Part shown: positions 18,295 to 29,670 of the stretch, in pieces
Layout: every line of letters begins with the position of its first letter
Position numbering within the stretch: the stretch's first letter is position 1
From: Sinorhizobium meliloti
GTDB lineage: Bacteria > Pseudomonadota > Alphaproteobacteria > Rhizobiales > Rhizobiaceae
Length of the DNA: 32,000 nucleotides
Reading direction: 5' to 3'
Assembly (NCBI RefSeq): GCF_017876815.1
Contig: NZ_JAGIOS010000002.1
Location: forward strand, 1 to 32,000
Notes under the pieces: model-generated
Databases searched by the model: none
What the model was told of the DNA's origin: nothing
What the model saw: the letters and a program-made list of their open reading frames with translations, nothing else
Position numbers and translations under genes: made by a program

Positions 18295-20214
18295 ATGCTG
18301 CCGGTTCTCTATCGCCTCGAATCTGCCTGGCAACCGGATGGCGGTCCGTTCGGGCGCTTCACCTTCAGCCTCTTCAATCTATCGGGCGGGCCGCTCAGCG
18401 CCTTCCGGCTGGTCTACACCTCGCTCACCCGCGTCATTGAAGGGGCCGCTTGCGAAAACGCGGTTTTCCTGCGCCGCAACGCCAATTTCCATGAATTCGC
18501 GCCGCCCGAAGGACTGACGCTCGCCCATGGCGAACACTGGACGTTCACCGTCAATGGTCTGCACCGCGAGGCGAAGCATTGCACCGACGGGGCGAAGTCG
18601 GCCTATCTGACGCTCGCCGATGGCAGTCATGTTCCCGTGGCGGTCTCCGACCTTCGTCTCGAAGGCGCCGTGAGCGAGCTGCCGCCGGTACGTCTTCCCA
18701 AAGGCCGGCTCGAGCTTCCTTTCGCGCTGCAGCCCTGGCCTGCCGAGATCGACGCGGCGCCTGGAGAAGCGGTACCGGACGTCCTCTATCCCGCAGCGGA
18801 AAGCAATGCGGACGAGGTCGATGCCGTCTCCAACGTCCTCGCTCTATTCCATCGGCTGTTTTCGGCCGGACACGCTCCCTTCAGTCTTGCGCCGTCCCCG
18901 CAAGGGCTGCCGATCGTCTTCAAGAAAAAAGCGGAGCTCGAAGGCGAAGCCTACAGGCTTGCCTTTTCCGATCGGGAGATCCGGCTTGATTATGGAGCGG
19001 CGGCCGGCAGGCAATATGCCCTGACGACGCTCGCGCAGTTGATCGACGGCGCGCGAAACCACGGAGGCGATTTCAGGTTTCCCGCCTCCGGCGAAATCGC
19101 GGACCGGCCACGCTATGGCTGGCGCGGCTGTCACCTCGATGTCTCGCGGCAATTCTACCCGACGGCCGACATCGTGCGGCTCATCGATATTCTCGCCTGG
19201 TTCAAGCTCAACATCTTCCACTGGCACCTGACCGACGACGAAGCCTGGCGGCTGGAGATCAAGGCCTATCCGACGCTGACGACGCTCGGCGTCATGCGCG
19301 GCCCGGACGAGCCTATGCTGCCTCAACTCGGCAACGGCGCCGAACCGGTCGGCGGCTTCTACAGCCACGCGGACGTGAAGGCGATCGTCGCGCATGCTGC
19401 GGCGCTCAGCATCGAAGTCGTCCCGGAGATCGACATACCCGGCCACAGCACTGCCGCGCTCGTGGCGCTTCCCGAACTCTCCGATGGCCAGGAGGCGCCG
19501 GAAAGCTACCACTCGGTCCAGGGCTATCCGAACAATGCCCTGAACCCGGCCATCCCGCTCACCTATGAATTCCTAGAGAAGGTGTTCGACGAAATGGTCG
19601 AGCTCTTTCCCAGCCGGTATATCCATGTCGGCGGGGACGAGGTGGCCGACGGCTCATGGCTCGCGTCACCGCTGGCGCGAAAGCTCATGGAGCAGGAAGG
19701 GATTTCCGGCACCTTCGCGCTGCAGTCCTATTTCCTCAAGAAGGTGAAACAGATGCTGACGGCGCGCGGGCGCAAACTCGTTGGCTGGAACGAGGTCGCG
19801 CATGGCGGCGGCGTTGGAACCGAGGGCACGCTGCTGATGGCCTGGGAGAACCCGAAAGTTGGCATCGAGCTTGCGCGCGAAGGCTACGACGTCGTGATGA
19901 CCCCGGGTCAGGCCTATTATCTCGACATGGCCCAGGCGGATGCGTGGCAGGAGCCCGGCGCGAGCTGGGCCGGCACGGCGACGCCGGCGCACACCTATGC
20001 CTATGAGGCGGAAGGAGAGTTCCCGGAAGAGCTGAAGAGCCGGATGAAGGGAGTCCAGGCCTGCATCTGGTCCGAGCATTTCCTGTCGCGCGGTTATTTC
20101 AACCGCCTCGTCTTTCCCCGGCTGCCGGCAATCGCCGAGGCGGCCTGGACCCCGAAGGACGACAAGGATTGGCTGCGCTTTGCCGCGATCGCGCCCTTGA
20201 GCCCCATTCTGTGA
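18295..20214 (+). CDS. GH20 beta-N-acetylhexosaminidase
   Basis: RYGWRGCHLDVSRQF, FHWHLTDDEAWR and the catalytic HVGGDE motif are GH20 hallmarks. Has an N-terminal carbohydrate-binding-like domain. ATG 18295 is preferred over 18289 because GGGAGG ends at 18288. Confidence 0.9.
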   Translation: MLPVLYRLESAWQPDGGPFGRFTFSLFNLSGGPLSAFRLVYTSLTRVIEGAACENAVFLRRNANFHEFAPPEGLTLAHGEHWTFTVNGLHREAKHCTDGAKSAYLTLADGSHVPVAVSDLRLEGAVSELPPVRLPKGRLELPFALQPWPAEIDAAPGEAVPDVLYPAAESNADEVDAVSNVLALFHRLFSAGHAPFSLAPSPQGLPIVFKKKAELEGEAYRLAFSDREIRLDYGAAAGRQYALTTLAQLIDGARNHGGDFRFPASGEIADRPRYGWRGCHLDVSRQFYPTADIVRLIDILAWFKLNIFHWHLTDDEAWRLEIKAYPTLTTLGVMRGPDEPMLPQLGNGAEPVGGFYSHADVKAIVAHAAALSIEVVPEIDIPGHSTAALVALPELSDGQEAPESYHSVQGYPNNALNPAIPLTYEFLEKVFDEMVELFPSRYIHVGGDEVADGSWLASPLARKLMEQEGISGTFALQSYFLKKVKQMLTARGRKLVGWNEVAHGGGVGTEGTLLMAWENPKVGIELAREGYDVVMTPGQAYYLDMAQADAWQEPGASWAGTATPAHTYAYEAEGEFPEELKSRMKGVQACIWSEHFLSRGYFNRLVFPRLPAIAEAAWTPKDDKDWLRFAAIAPLSPIL

Positions 20215-20222
20215 GTTGAGCC

Positions 20223-21656
20223 ATGCGGATCGCCGTCGGTGGAATCCATACGGAATGCAGCACCTATTCGCCCGTATTGATGACGGTCGAAGATTTCCGG
20301 GTGCTGAGGGGAGAGGACCTCTTGCGGTCTGATTATTTCGGCTTCCTGCGCGCTGAAGGGATAAACCACCTTCCGCTCCTGCATGCGCGGGCCGTCCCCG
20401 GCGGGCCGGTTTCGCGCCCGGCCTATGACGCCTTCAAGACCGAGTTCCTGGCGCGGCTGAAAGCCGCGCTCCCTCTCGACGGGCTCTATCTCGCCATGCA
20501 CGGCGCGATCAAGGTCGACGGGATGGACGACGCCGAGGGCGACTGGATCACCGCCGCCCGCGCCGTCATCGGCCCCGATTGCCCGCTTGCCGTCAGCTAC
20601 GATCTCCATGGCAATGTCAGTCAGCGGATCATCGATCAGATCGATATCTTTGCGGCCTACCGGACCGCGCCGCATATCGATACGCGCGAGACCATGGTTC
20701 GGGCATGGTCGATGCTGGTGGAGGCGCTTCGTTCCGGCAAGCGGCCCGGTGTCGCCTGGGCACGGGTGCCGCTTCTCCTTCCCGGAGAACGCACTTCGAC
20801 GGAGGGCGAGCCGGCGGCGAGCCTCTATCGCGTCCTGCCTGAATTCGACAAGCGGCCCGGCATCCTCGACGCCAATCTGATGGTGGGCTACGTCTGGGCC
20901 GACGAGCCGAGAGCGACCGCCTGCTCCGTCGTCACTGGCTCGGACAAGGGCGCCGCCTCGAAGGCGGCTGAGGAAATCGCCGCAAACTACTGGCAGCAAA
21001 GGGACAACTTTCATTTCGGATCGCTCACCGGATCGCTGGCCGACATGCTCGGCATCGCCGAGCGGGCGACCACGGCGCCCGTAATCCTTGCCGATTCCGG
21101 CGACAACCCCACGGGTGGCGGCGTCGGCGACCGGGCGGATGTGTTGATCGCGCTTCTCGAGCGCGGCTGGCGCGATGCGTTGATCGCCGGCATTGCCGAT
21201 CGGCCGGCCGTCGAAGCCTGTTTCGTGACCGGCGCGGGCGGAACGCTGACGTTGCGGATCGGCGGCAGTCTCGACCCGTCGAGCCCGTCCGCAGAGGTCG
21301 AGGCCAAAGTGGTGCATCTGGATGATCCGGGACCGGTTGCCGAGCGGCAGGCGGTGGTTCAGGCCGGAGGCATAGTGGTCGTGTTGTCGGCGCGACGCCG
21401 CCCCTATCATAACATCGAGGACTTTGCCCGCCTCGGTCTCCACCCGGGGACCGCGCGGCTGCTCGTCGTCAAGTCCGGTTACCTCTCGCCGGAGCTTGCG
21501 CCGATCGCCAATCCGAACCTGATGGCGCTGACGAACGGCGTCGTCAATCAGGATATCGAGAAGCTGGAAAGCCTGCACCGGCAGCGGCCGATCTTCCCCT
21601 TCGACCGCGATTTCGAGTTTCACCCCAGCGCCAGCCTGTCCGCTCGCTGGACCTGA
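20223..21656 (+). CDS. M81-family metallopeptidase (MlrC-like), paralog 2
   Basis: 477 aa. HTECSTYSP, MHGAI, YDLHGN and NPTGGGVGD correspond to the same conserved blocks as the 14097-15590 paralog. Starts 8 nt after the GH20 stop. Confidence 0.8.
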   Translation: MRIAVGGIHTECSTYSPVLMTVEDFRVLRGEDLLRSDYFGFLRAEGINHLPLLHARAVPGGPVSRPAYDAFKTEFLARLKAALPLDGLYLAMHGAIKVDGMDDAEGDWITAARAVIGPDCPLAVSYDLHGNVSQRIIDQIDIFAAYRTAPHIDTRETMVRAWSMLVEALRSGKRPGVAWARVPLLLPGERTSTEGEPAASLYRVLPEFDKRPGILDANLMVGYVWADEPRATACSVVTGSDKGAASKAAEEIAANYWQQRDNFHFGSLTGSLADMLGIAERATTAPVILADSGDNPTGGGVGDRADVLIALLERGWRDALIAGIADRPAVEACFVTGAGGTLTLRIGGSLDPSSPSAEVEAKVVHLDDPGPVAERQAVVQAGGIVVVLSARRRPYHNIEDFARLGLHPGTARLLVVKSGYLSPELAPIANPNLMALTNGVVNQDIEKLESLHRQRPIFPFDRDFEFHPSASLSARWT

Positions 21657-21664
21657 GATTGTAG

Positions 21665-21696
21665 ACCCGCCCCCGAGTCTCCGGGCGGGTTTCGTC
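21665..21696 (+). terminator. Putative intrinsic terminator of the RidA-to-MlrC2 operon
   Basis: ACCCGCCC-N10-GGGCGGGT is an 8-bp GC stem followed by TTCGTC (weak T-tract), 9 nt after the stop. Confidence 0.45.
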
Positions 21697-21729
21697 AAGA
21701 CGTTCCCCTTCCGCGGACTTTGCCCCCTC

Positions 21730-22944
21730 ATGTCTTCCCCGCTGTTGATCGCCATGCGCAATCCGGTCATCCGGACGAGCATGATCGCCATCGTCCTGTT
21801 CGGTTTTTCGGGGGCCGCGACGTCGCCCTACCAATCGGTCGTCGGCATCACCGAACTGGGATTGAGCGACGGGTTCTATTCGGCGCTGATCTTCGCAGCG
21901 GCACTGGTCAATGTTGCGGTCAGCGTGACGATCGGCATCGTCGCCGACCGCGTCGGCAATTACCGGACACTGATGCTGGCGGTCATTCTCTGCGGGGTTG
22001 TCGGTTACGGGGCGGTTTATCTGCTGCCGACTAAGGGGAGCTTCGTACTTGCGGCCCTCATGCTGTTGCCCGTTCACGGCGCACTCAATCCGCTGCTCTT
22101 CGCCTATGTCCGCACGGCTGCGAAAGAGATGGGCGGCAGGCATGCGGCTGCCGTCAATTCCGGCATTCGTGCGGCCATATCGCTCTCCTGGGTATTGGTT
22201 CCCGGACTGGTCGGATTGGTGCTGTCGGCGCGCGGCAGCATGCTGCCGGCCTATCTTCTGGCAAGCCTCGGCTGTCTCGCCAATTTCGTGCTCGTCTTGC
22301 GGCTGCTGCCGGAAAAGGCGAGCGTGGACGGTGCTTTGGGCAAACGCCTCTCGTTTCTCGCGTCCTTCGGCGAGATATTATCGCTGCGCGTTCTGGCACG
22401 GCTTCTCGCCATCGCCCTGATCTCGTCAATGCTGCACGTCACTGCGGCGGTGCTGCCGCTGATCGTCACCGGTGCAGCCGGCGGCAAGGTGAGCGACATC
22501 GGCATCATCGTCGGTATCGTCGCTTTTCTGGAGGTGGTGTTCATCGTGGTCTGGGGACGTATCCAGTACCGGCTCAGCCATATCGATGCGCTCGCGCTCG
22601 GCACGGCAATCTATGTCCTGAACATGGCCCTGCTCGGGCTTTCGACCGAGCGCTGGCACATTTATGCGTTGACGCTCATCAGCGCTTTCGGCGCAGCGGC
22701 GCTGATCAGCATCCCGATCACCTATCTGCAGGAACTGATCGCGGACCGGCCCGGTCTGGGCAGTTCGCTGATCTCGGTGAACGTCTTCCTGGGGGCAGGA
22801 TTCGGCGCCGCTCTTTTTGCGCTCGGAACGCGCATCAGCGACTATTCGGGAGCCGCGCTTCTAAGCTCCCTTGCAGGCATCGCCGGGCTCTTGCTGCTGC
22901 TTTTCCTGGATGGCGACCGCCGAGGAAAAGCGTCTGCGTCCTGA
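21730..22944 (+). CDS. MFS transporter (12-TM, sugar-efflux-like)
   Basis: 404-aa hydrophobic ORF with an MFS-type loop motif (IVADRVGNYR) between TM2 and TM3. Confidence 0.8.
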   Translation: MSSPLLIAMRNPVIRTSMIAIVLFGFSGAATSPYQSVVGITELGLSDGFYSALIFAAALVNVAVSVTIGIVADRVGNYRTLMLAVILCGVVGYGAVYLLPTKGSFVLAALMLLPVHGALNPLLFAYVRTAAKEMGGRHAAAVNSGIRAAISLSWVLVPGLVGLVLSARGSMLPAYLLASLGCLANFVLVLRLLPEKASVDGALGKRLSFLASFGEILSLRVLARLLAIALISSMLHVTAAVLPLIVTGAAGGKVSDIGIIVGIVAFLEVVFIVVWGRIQYRLSHIDALALGTAIYVLNMALLGLSTERWHIYALTLISAFGAAALISIPITYLQELIADRPGLGSSLISVNVFLGAGFGAALFALGTRISDYSGAALLSSLAGIAGLLLLLFLDGDRRGKASAS

Positions 22945-22984
22945 AGAAGACAGAGGCTGCCCGGCCTCACCTTCAACCACCCCT

Positions 22985-23105
22985 CATTCCTGTGCCTGTC
23001 ACAGGAGTCCAGCCAGCCCAAGTCCTTGGGCTGAAAAGACCCTTCCGCGCCGCAGACGCGGCGCCGCTCTCATCCCTGTGACGAGCACAGGGATGAGAGT
23101 GGAGG
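22985..23105. repeat. REP-like palindromic repeat cluster (three hairpins)
   Basis: CCTGTG-cctgt-CACAGG (22989-23005), GCGCCGC-agac-GCGGCGC (23047-23064), and CTCATCCCTGTG-acgag-CACAGGGATGAG with extension (23067-23099). Probably served as the bidirectional terminator between the MFS gene and hutU before IS insertion. Confidence 0.5.
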
Positions 23106-23137
23106 GTACGGTCCTGACCGTGTTCACTGAGCGACTA

Positions 23138-24190
23138 GAGCGGGATGCATTTAGGCGGAATCGGAAAGGGGATTCCTTTTTCTGCGCAAATCAGATTCAC
23201 CATTCAGGCCGGTGAAGGAGGCCGGCCTTTATGGCGAGACCTTTTTCGAATGATCTTCGGGAACGCGTTGTCGATGCGGTGACGGGCGAGGGCCTATCGT
23301 GCCGGGCAGCGGCCAAGCGCTTCGGCATCGGCATCAGCACCGCGATCGATTGGGTGCGGCGGTTTCGCGAGACGGGCAGCGCCGCACCCGGCCAGATGGG
23401 TGGGCACAAGCCCCGCAAGCTTTCCGGTCCGCACCGGGCTTGGCTGCTTTGCCGCTGCCGCGAGCGCGACTTCACGCTGCACGGACTTGTCGCCGAGTTG
23501 AGCGAGCGCGGCCTGAAGGTGGATTATCGCGCCGTCTGGACCTTCGTGCACGAAGAGGGGTTGAGTTATAAAAAAAGACGCTGGTCGCCAGCGAACGGGA
23601 GCGGCCCGACGTCGCCCGCCACCGGGCACGATGGCTGAAGCACTGCCCCGGAATTGATCCCGCCCGCCTCGTTTTCATCGATGAGACCTGGACGAAGACG
23701 AACATGGCGCCGCTGCGGGGCTGGGCGCCTCGCGGCGAACGACTGGTGGGCTACGCCCCCTTCGGCCATTGGAACACCATGACCTTTGTCGCCGCACTCA
23801 GGGCCGACCGCGTCAGCGCTCCCTTTATCCTCGATGGCCCGATCAATGGCGAACGCTTCCGCATCTATGTCCAGCAAGTTCTGGTGCCGGAACTCAAAGC
23901 CGGCGACATCGTCATCCTGGACAATCTCGGCTCCCATAAGGGTCAGGAGATCCGCGCCGCCATCCGTAAGGCCGGCGCCCGCCTGTTCTTTCTGCCGAAA
24001 TATTCCCCCGATCTCAATCCGATCGAAAAGCTCTTCGCCAAAATCAAGCACTGGTTGCGTGAGGCACAGGCCAGATCACGCGATGCAATCCATGACGAAC
24101 TGCGCCACATTCTCCAAGCCGTCACCCCACAGGAATGCGCAGCCTACTTCAAAGAGGCGGGATATGAACGGGCTTAAATACATACCGCTC
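23138..24190 (+). mobile_element. IS630/Tc1-family insertion sequence (ISRm2011-2-like), 1053 bp, flanked by duplicated TA
   Basis: Imperfect terminal inverted repeats: GAGCGGGATGCATTTAGGC (left) versus the reverse complement of the right end, GAGCGGTATGTATTTAAGC (16/19 identical). TA lies on both sides (23136-37 and 24191-92). The internal transposase is in two frames. Confidence 0.85.
23231..24177 (+). CDS. IS630-family DDE transposase, two frames joined by -1 slippage in an A7 run (about 23570-23576)
   Basis: OrfA (HTH: [24 protein letters not shown]-like) is open to 23638. The -1 frame opens right after TAA at 23569-71 and continues [20 protein letters not shown]...[10 protein letters not shown]...ILDNLGSHK...[12 protein letters not shown] (DDE motif). 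The fusion reads ...GLSYKKKTLVAS.... Confidence 0.85.
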
Positions 24191-24195
24191 TAAGA

Positions 24196-25871
<1,676 letters not shown>

Positions 25872-25875
<4 letters not shown>

Positions 25876-26687
25876 GCCTCGCTCCCTGTCCTTTTGAGCT
25901 CTTTAGCGACTGTTTCGATGCGTTCCAGAATGGCTTTCAGCGGACGGCGAAGCCTGTCGGCTTTCGCCCGGTCCAAAGCGAAGGGCGGTGCTTCCGTCGC
26001 CAGATGCGTCGATTGCGCCAGTTCCATCTGGATCGCGTGCACGCCCTGTTCCGGGCGGCCATAGTGACGGGTCGTCCACCCACCCTTGAAACGGCCATTG
26101 AGGATATGGCTGTAACACTCTGCTCCGGCTGCGATTTCTGCGGCTGCCCGTTCAATTTCAGTGGCGCAGGTCTTTCCCATATCGGTGCCGATATTGAAGT
26201 CCGGCAGCCGGCCTTCGAAGAGGAAGGGAATATGCGAGCGGATAGAATGGCAATCGTAAAGCACGACGACGCCATGGATCGCCTTGACGCGGGCGATCTC
26301 TGCGGAGAGCGCCGCGTGATAGGGCGCGTGAAAATCGCGCAGGCGCTCTGTTATGTCGACCTCCGTCGGACCTTCGCCTTCTTTCCAGATAGGCAGACCA
26401 TCGAAATCAGTTTCGGGCACGAGCCCGGTTGTGTTCTGGCCGGGATAGAGGCTGACGCCTGCAGGATCGCGATTGGCATCTATGACGTAGCGGTGAAAGG
26501 TCGCGCGAACCGCGGTCGCGTCCGGCAGAAGACCTTGGTAGAGATCGTGGATATGCCAGTCCGTATCGGCGAGGATGCGGCCATTGTCGTTGAGCCGTTC
26601 CCGGATCGAGGCAGGCACGTCGGTGCCCGTGTGCGGAAAGCCGAGGATGACGGGCGAGCTGCCCTGCCTGACTTCGAAGACGGCCAT
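25872..26687 (-). CDS. hutG: N-formylglutamate amidohydrolase (deformylase)
   Basis: 271 aa. FPHTGTDVP...DTDWH...RYVIDANRD...YDCHS blocks match the FGase family. Lies between hutH and hutU. Confidence 0.88.
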
Positions 26688-26688
26688 G

Positions 26689-28224
26689 TCAGTTCTCCAG
26701 TTTCGGAAGAATGCCCGCGGAGACGGCGGCGGCCAATCGGCCCGACGCGACGAGATCGCCCGCGGCCTTGAGGTCGTCGGCCATGTAGCGGTCTTCCTCG
26801 ATACTCGAGGAGACGCTGCGCACGGCTGCGGCAGCCTTTTGAAGTTCCGGGCTGGTGGTGAGCGGCGCGCGGAACTCGATGCCCTGCACCGCGGCGAGCG
26901 CCTCGATGCCGATGATCGAAAAGAGGTTTTCCGTCATCTGCAAAAGCCGGCGCGCACCGTGGCAGGCCATGGACACGTGGTCTTCCTGGTTCGCCGAGGT
27001 CGGCGTCGAGTCGACGGAGGCCGGATGGGAGAGCTGCTTGTTTTCCGACATCAGCGCCGCCGAAGTGACCTCAGCGATCATCAGTCCGGAGTTGAGGCCC
27101 GGCTTCTTGGCCAGAAAGGCCGGCAGGCCGTAGCTGAGCGCAGGGTCGACCAGAAGGGCGATGCGGCGCTGGGAAATGGCGCCGATTTCGCACACCGCGA
27201 GCGCGATCTGGTCGGCGGCAAATGCGACCGGTTCGGCATGGAAGTTGCCTCCGGAAACGACGGAATTGTCCGAAAGCACCAGCGGATTGTCGGTGACGGC
27301 ATTGGCTTCGATCGTCAACGTGGCTGCGACGGAGCGCAGGAGATCGAGGCAAGCGCCATCCACCTGCGGCTGGCAGCGGATGCAATAGGGGTCCTGAACC
27401 CGCTCGTCGCCCTCGATATGGCTCTGCCGAATTGGGGAGCCGGTCAGCAGCTGCCGTAAGGCGGCGGCCGTGTCGATCTGGCCCTTATGGCCGCGCAGCG
27501 TGTGAATATCCGGATGGAAGGGGGCGGAAGAGCCCATGGCCGCATCGGTCGAAAGGGCGCCGGTGATGAGGGCGGCCTGGCCGGCGCGGTGTGCGCGGAA
27601 GAGCCCGGCAAGGGCGAGAGCCGTGGAGACCTGCGTGCCGTTGATCAGCGCCAGGCCTTCCTTGGCGGCAAGCGTTACCGGCGAGAGCCCCGCCGCCTTC
27701 AATGCAGCGTCGCCTTTCATGCGTTCGCCGGCAAAGAAGGCTTCGCCATGACCCATCATCACGGCGGCCATATGGGCAAGGGGCGCCAGGTCGCCGGAAG
27801 CGCCGACCGAGCCTTTTTCGGGAATGAGCGGGATCACGCCCTTGTCCAGCATCGCTTCGATCAGCCGGACGAGCTCCAGCCGAACGCCGGAGGCGCCGCG
27901 GCCGAGCGAGATCAGCTTGAGCGCCATGATCAGGCGCACGATGTCTTCCGTGAGCGGCTGGCCTACGCCGCAGCAGTGCGAGAGGATCAGATTGCGCTGC
28001 AACGTCGCCACGTCGGAGCTGTCGATCTTGATCGAGGCCAGTTTGCCGAAGCCCGTGTTGATGCCGTAGACCGGCGCATTGCCCGCCACGATCTCGGCGA
28101 TCCGCGCTGCGGCCTTGGCAATGCCGGCATCGAAGGCGGCATCGAGGCGCGCCGGTGCGCCGGTCCAGTAGATCGTTTCGAGGTCACTGAGCGGAACGGA
28201 GCCGGGCCTGAGAATGACGGTCAT
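26689..28224 (-). CDS. hutH: Histidine ammonia-lyase
   Basis: 511 aa. Has the [14 protein letters not shown] motif (MIO-forming Ala-Ser-Gly) and QEDHVSM. The ATG overlaps the hutI stop. Confidence 0.95.
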   Translation of the reverse strand: MTVILRPGSVPLSDLETIYWTGAPARLDAAFDAGIAKAAARIAEIVAGNAPVYGINTGFGKLASIKIDSSDVATLQRNLILSHCCGVGQPLTEDIVRLIMALKLISLGRGASGVRLELVRLIEAMLDKGVIPLIPEKGSVGASGDLAPLAHMAAVMMGHGEAFFAGERMKGDAALKAAGLSPVTLAAKEGLALINGTQVSTALALAGLFRAHRAGQAALITGALSTDAAMGSSAPFHPDIHTLRGHKGQIDTAAALRQLLTGSPIRQSHIEGDERVQDPYCIRCQPQVDGACLDLLRSVAATLTIEANAVTDNPLVLSDNSVVSGGNFHAEPVAFAADQIALAVCEIGAISQRRIALLVDPALSYGLPAFLAKKPGLNSGLMIAEVTSAALMSENKQLSHPASVDSTPTSANQEDHVSMACHGARRLLQMTENLFSIIGIEALAAVQGIEFRAPLTTSPELQKAAAAVRSVSSSIEEDRYMADDLKAAGDLVASGRLAAAVSAGILPKLEN

Positions 28225-29468
28225 CGGAGAATCCTTTCACCCTTGAAGATCCGCTCCCGAAGGGGATTGAAACCGATACGGTAGATCAATTCCGCCGGTT
28301 GATCGATGTTCCAGATGGCAAGATCCGCAGACTTGCCGGCTTCGATCGTGCCGGTCTCTCCGAGGATCCCGAGCGCACGGGCGGCCTCACGGGTAACGCC
28401 TGCGAGGCATTCCTCCAGCGTCAGGCGGAAAAGCGTCGCGGACATGTTCAAGGTGAGGAGCAGCGAGGTCAGCGGCGAAGTGCCGGGGTTGCAATCGGTA
28501 GCGATGGCGATGCGCGTTCCAGCTTCTCGGAGTGCTTCGACAGGCGGAAGCTGCTTTTCCCGGAGGGTGTAGAAAGCCCCAGGCAGGAGGACGGCGACCG
28601 TGCCGGCCTTCGCCATGGCGGCGGCTCCCGCAGCGTCGAGATATTCGAGGTGGTCGGCCGAGAGAGCGCCGTAGGAAGCAGCGAGCTTCGCGCCGCCGAG
28701 ATCCGAAAGCTGTTCGGCGTGAAGCTTCACGGGCAGGCCGAGCGACTTCGCCCTGTCGAAGACCGAAGCGATTTCCGCCGGCGAAAAGGCTATGCCTTCA
28801 CAGAAGCCGTCGACGGCGTCGGCGAGCCCTTCGGCGTGAGCTGCGGTGAGGCCTGGCAGGACGACTTCGGCGATGTAGTCGCCGTTGCGTCCGCGAAATT
28901 CCGGCGGGGTCGCATGGGCTGCGAGATAACTGGTGACGATGCGCACCGGGCGCAGGCTTTCCAGCCGGCGGGCGGCGCGCAGCATCTTGAGTTCGGCCTC
29001 GACGTTGAGACCGTAGCCCGACTTAACCTCGACGGTGGACACGCCTTCGGCGAGAAGGGTGTCGAGCCGTGGAAGTGCGGCCTCCACGAGTGCCTCGACG
29101 GAAAGGGCGTTGGTTGCCTCGACGGTCGAAGCGATGCCGCCTCCGGCACGCGCGATCTCCTCATAGGTCGCGCCTTCGAGGCGGAGCTGGAACTCCCGGG
29201 CGCGGTTGCCGCCATGGACGATATGCGTGTGGCAGTCGATCAGCGCCGGGGTGACCCAGCGGCCTTCGCAATCGAAGACCTGGTCGGCGCGAGCAAGCTC
29301 CGAAGGCAGACCGGCTTCGGGACCGGCATAGACGATCCGCTCGCCGCGAACGGCGATAACGCCGTCTTCGATGATCCCGAGTGGGCCCAGCTCCTCACGA
29401 AGTGTGGCAAGGCGTGCATTGCGCCAGAGGCTGGTTCTGGCAGGATTTGGGTTTTCGTTTCCGTCCAT
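28221..29468 (-). CDS. hutI: Imidazolonepropionase
   Basis: Start chosen at [18 protein letters not shown] (ATG 29468). Amidohydrolase signature [24 protein letters not shown] and [10 protein letters not shown]. The 77-aa upstream extension in the ORF track runs through the AT-rich promoter and into the intron 3' end. Confidence 0.9.
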   Translation of the reverse strand: MDGNENPNPARTSLWRNARLATLREELGPLGIIEDGVIAVRGERIVYAGPEAGLPSELARADQVFDCEGRWVTPALIDCHTHIVHGGNRAREFQLRLEGATYEEIARAGGGIASTVEATNALSVEALVEAALPRLDTLLAEGVSTVEVKSGYGLNVEAELKMLRAARRLESLRPVRIVTSYLAAHATPPEFRGRNGDYIAEVVLPGLTAAHAEGLADAVDGFCEGIAFSPAEIASVFDRAKSLGLPVKLHAEQLSDLGGAKLAASYGALSADHLEYLDAAGAAAMAKAGTVAVLLPGAFYTLREKQLPPVEALREAGTRIAIATDCNPGTSPLTSLLLTLNMSATLFRLTLEECLAGVTREAARALGILGETGTIEAGKSADLAIWNIDQPAELIYRIGFNPLRERIFKGERILR

Positions 29469-29492
29469 AGGTACCGCCCTTCTTCGCCAATA

Positions 29493-29504
29493 ATGTATAT
29501 ACAT
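29493..29504. promoter_or_regulatory. HutC-type (GntR/HutC subfamily) operator candidate overlapping a putative hut promoter -10
   Basis: Perfect 12-bp palindrome ATGTATATACAT, containing GT-N-TA-N-AC, 25 nt upstream of the hutI ATG. On the minus strand, CTTGTC (29522-29517)-N17-TATACA (29499-29494) resembles the rhizobial sigma-70 consensus. Confidence 0.45.
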
Positions 29505-29586
29505 AATACCGGCGATGACAAGTGAGAAATATGATCGGTGAGATAACGCGATGGGAGCTGCCGGCCAGAAGCACGGAAACAGGATC

Positions 29587-29656
29587 GGCATAGGGGGCGG
29601 CCGTTGTGACCGCGCCCCTGCCACACCACCCGGCATGCGGGTCCGCACCGGGCGGT
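29587..29656 (-). ncRNA. Group II intron ribozyme domains V and VI (3'-terminal catalytic/branch-site hairpins)
   Basis: DV: CCGCCCGG-UGCG-GACC-CGCA-ug-CCGGGUGG, a two-part stem with a 4-nt loop and a 2-nt 3' bulge. DVI: GGCAGGGGCG...CGCCCCCU-A-UGCC with an unpaired A, then GAU at the 3' end. Confidence 0.7.
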
Positions 29657-29670
29657 TCGAAGAGTTGAGG

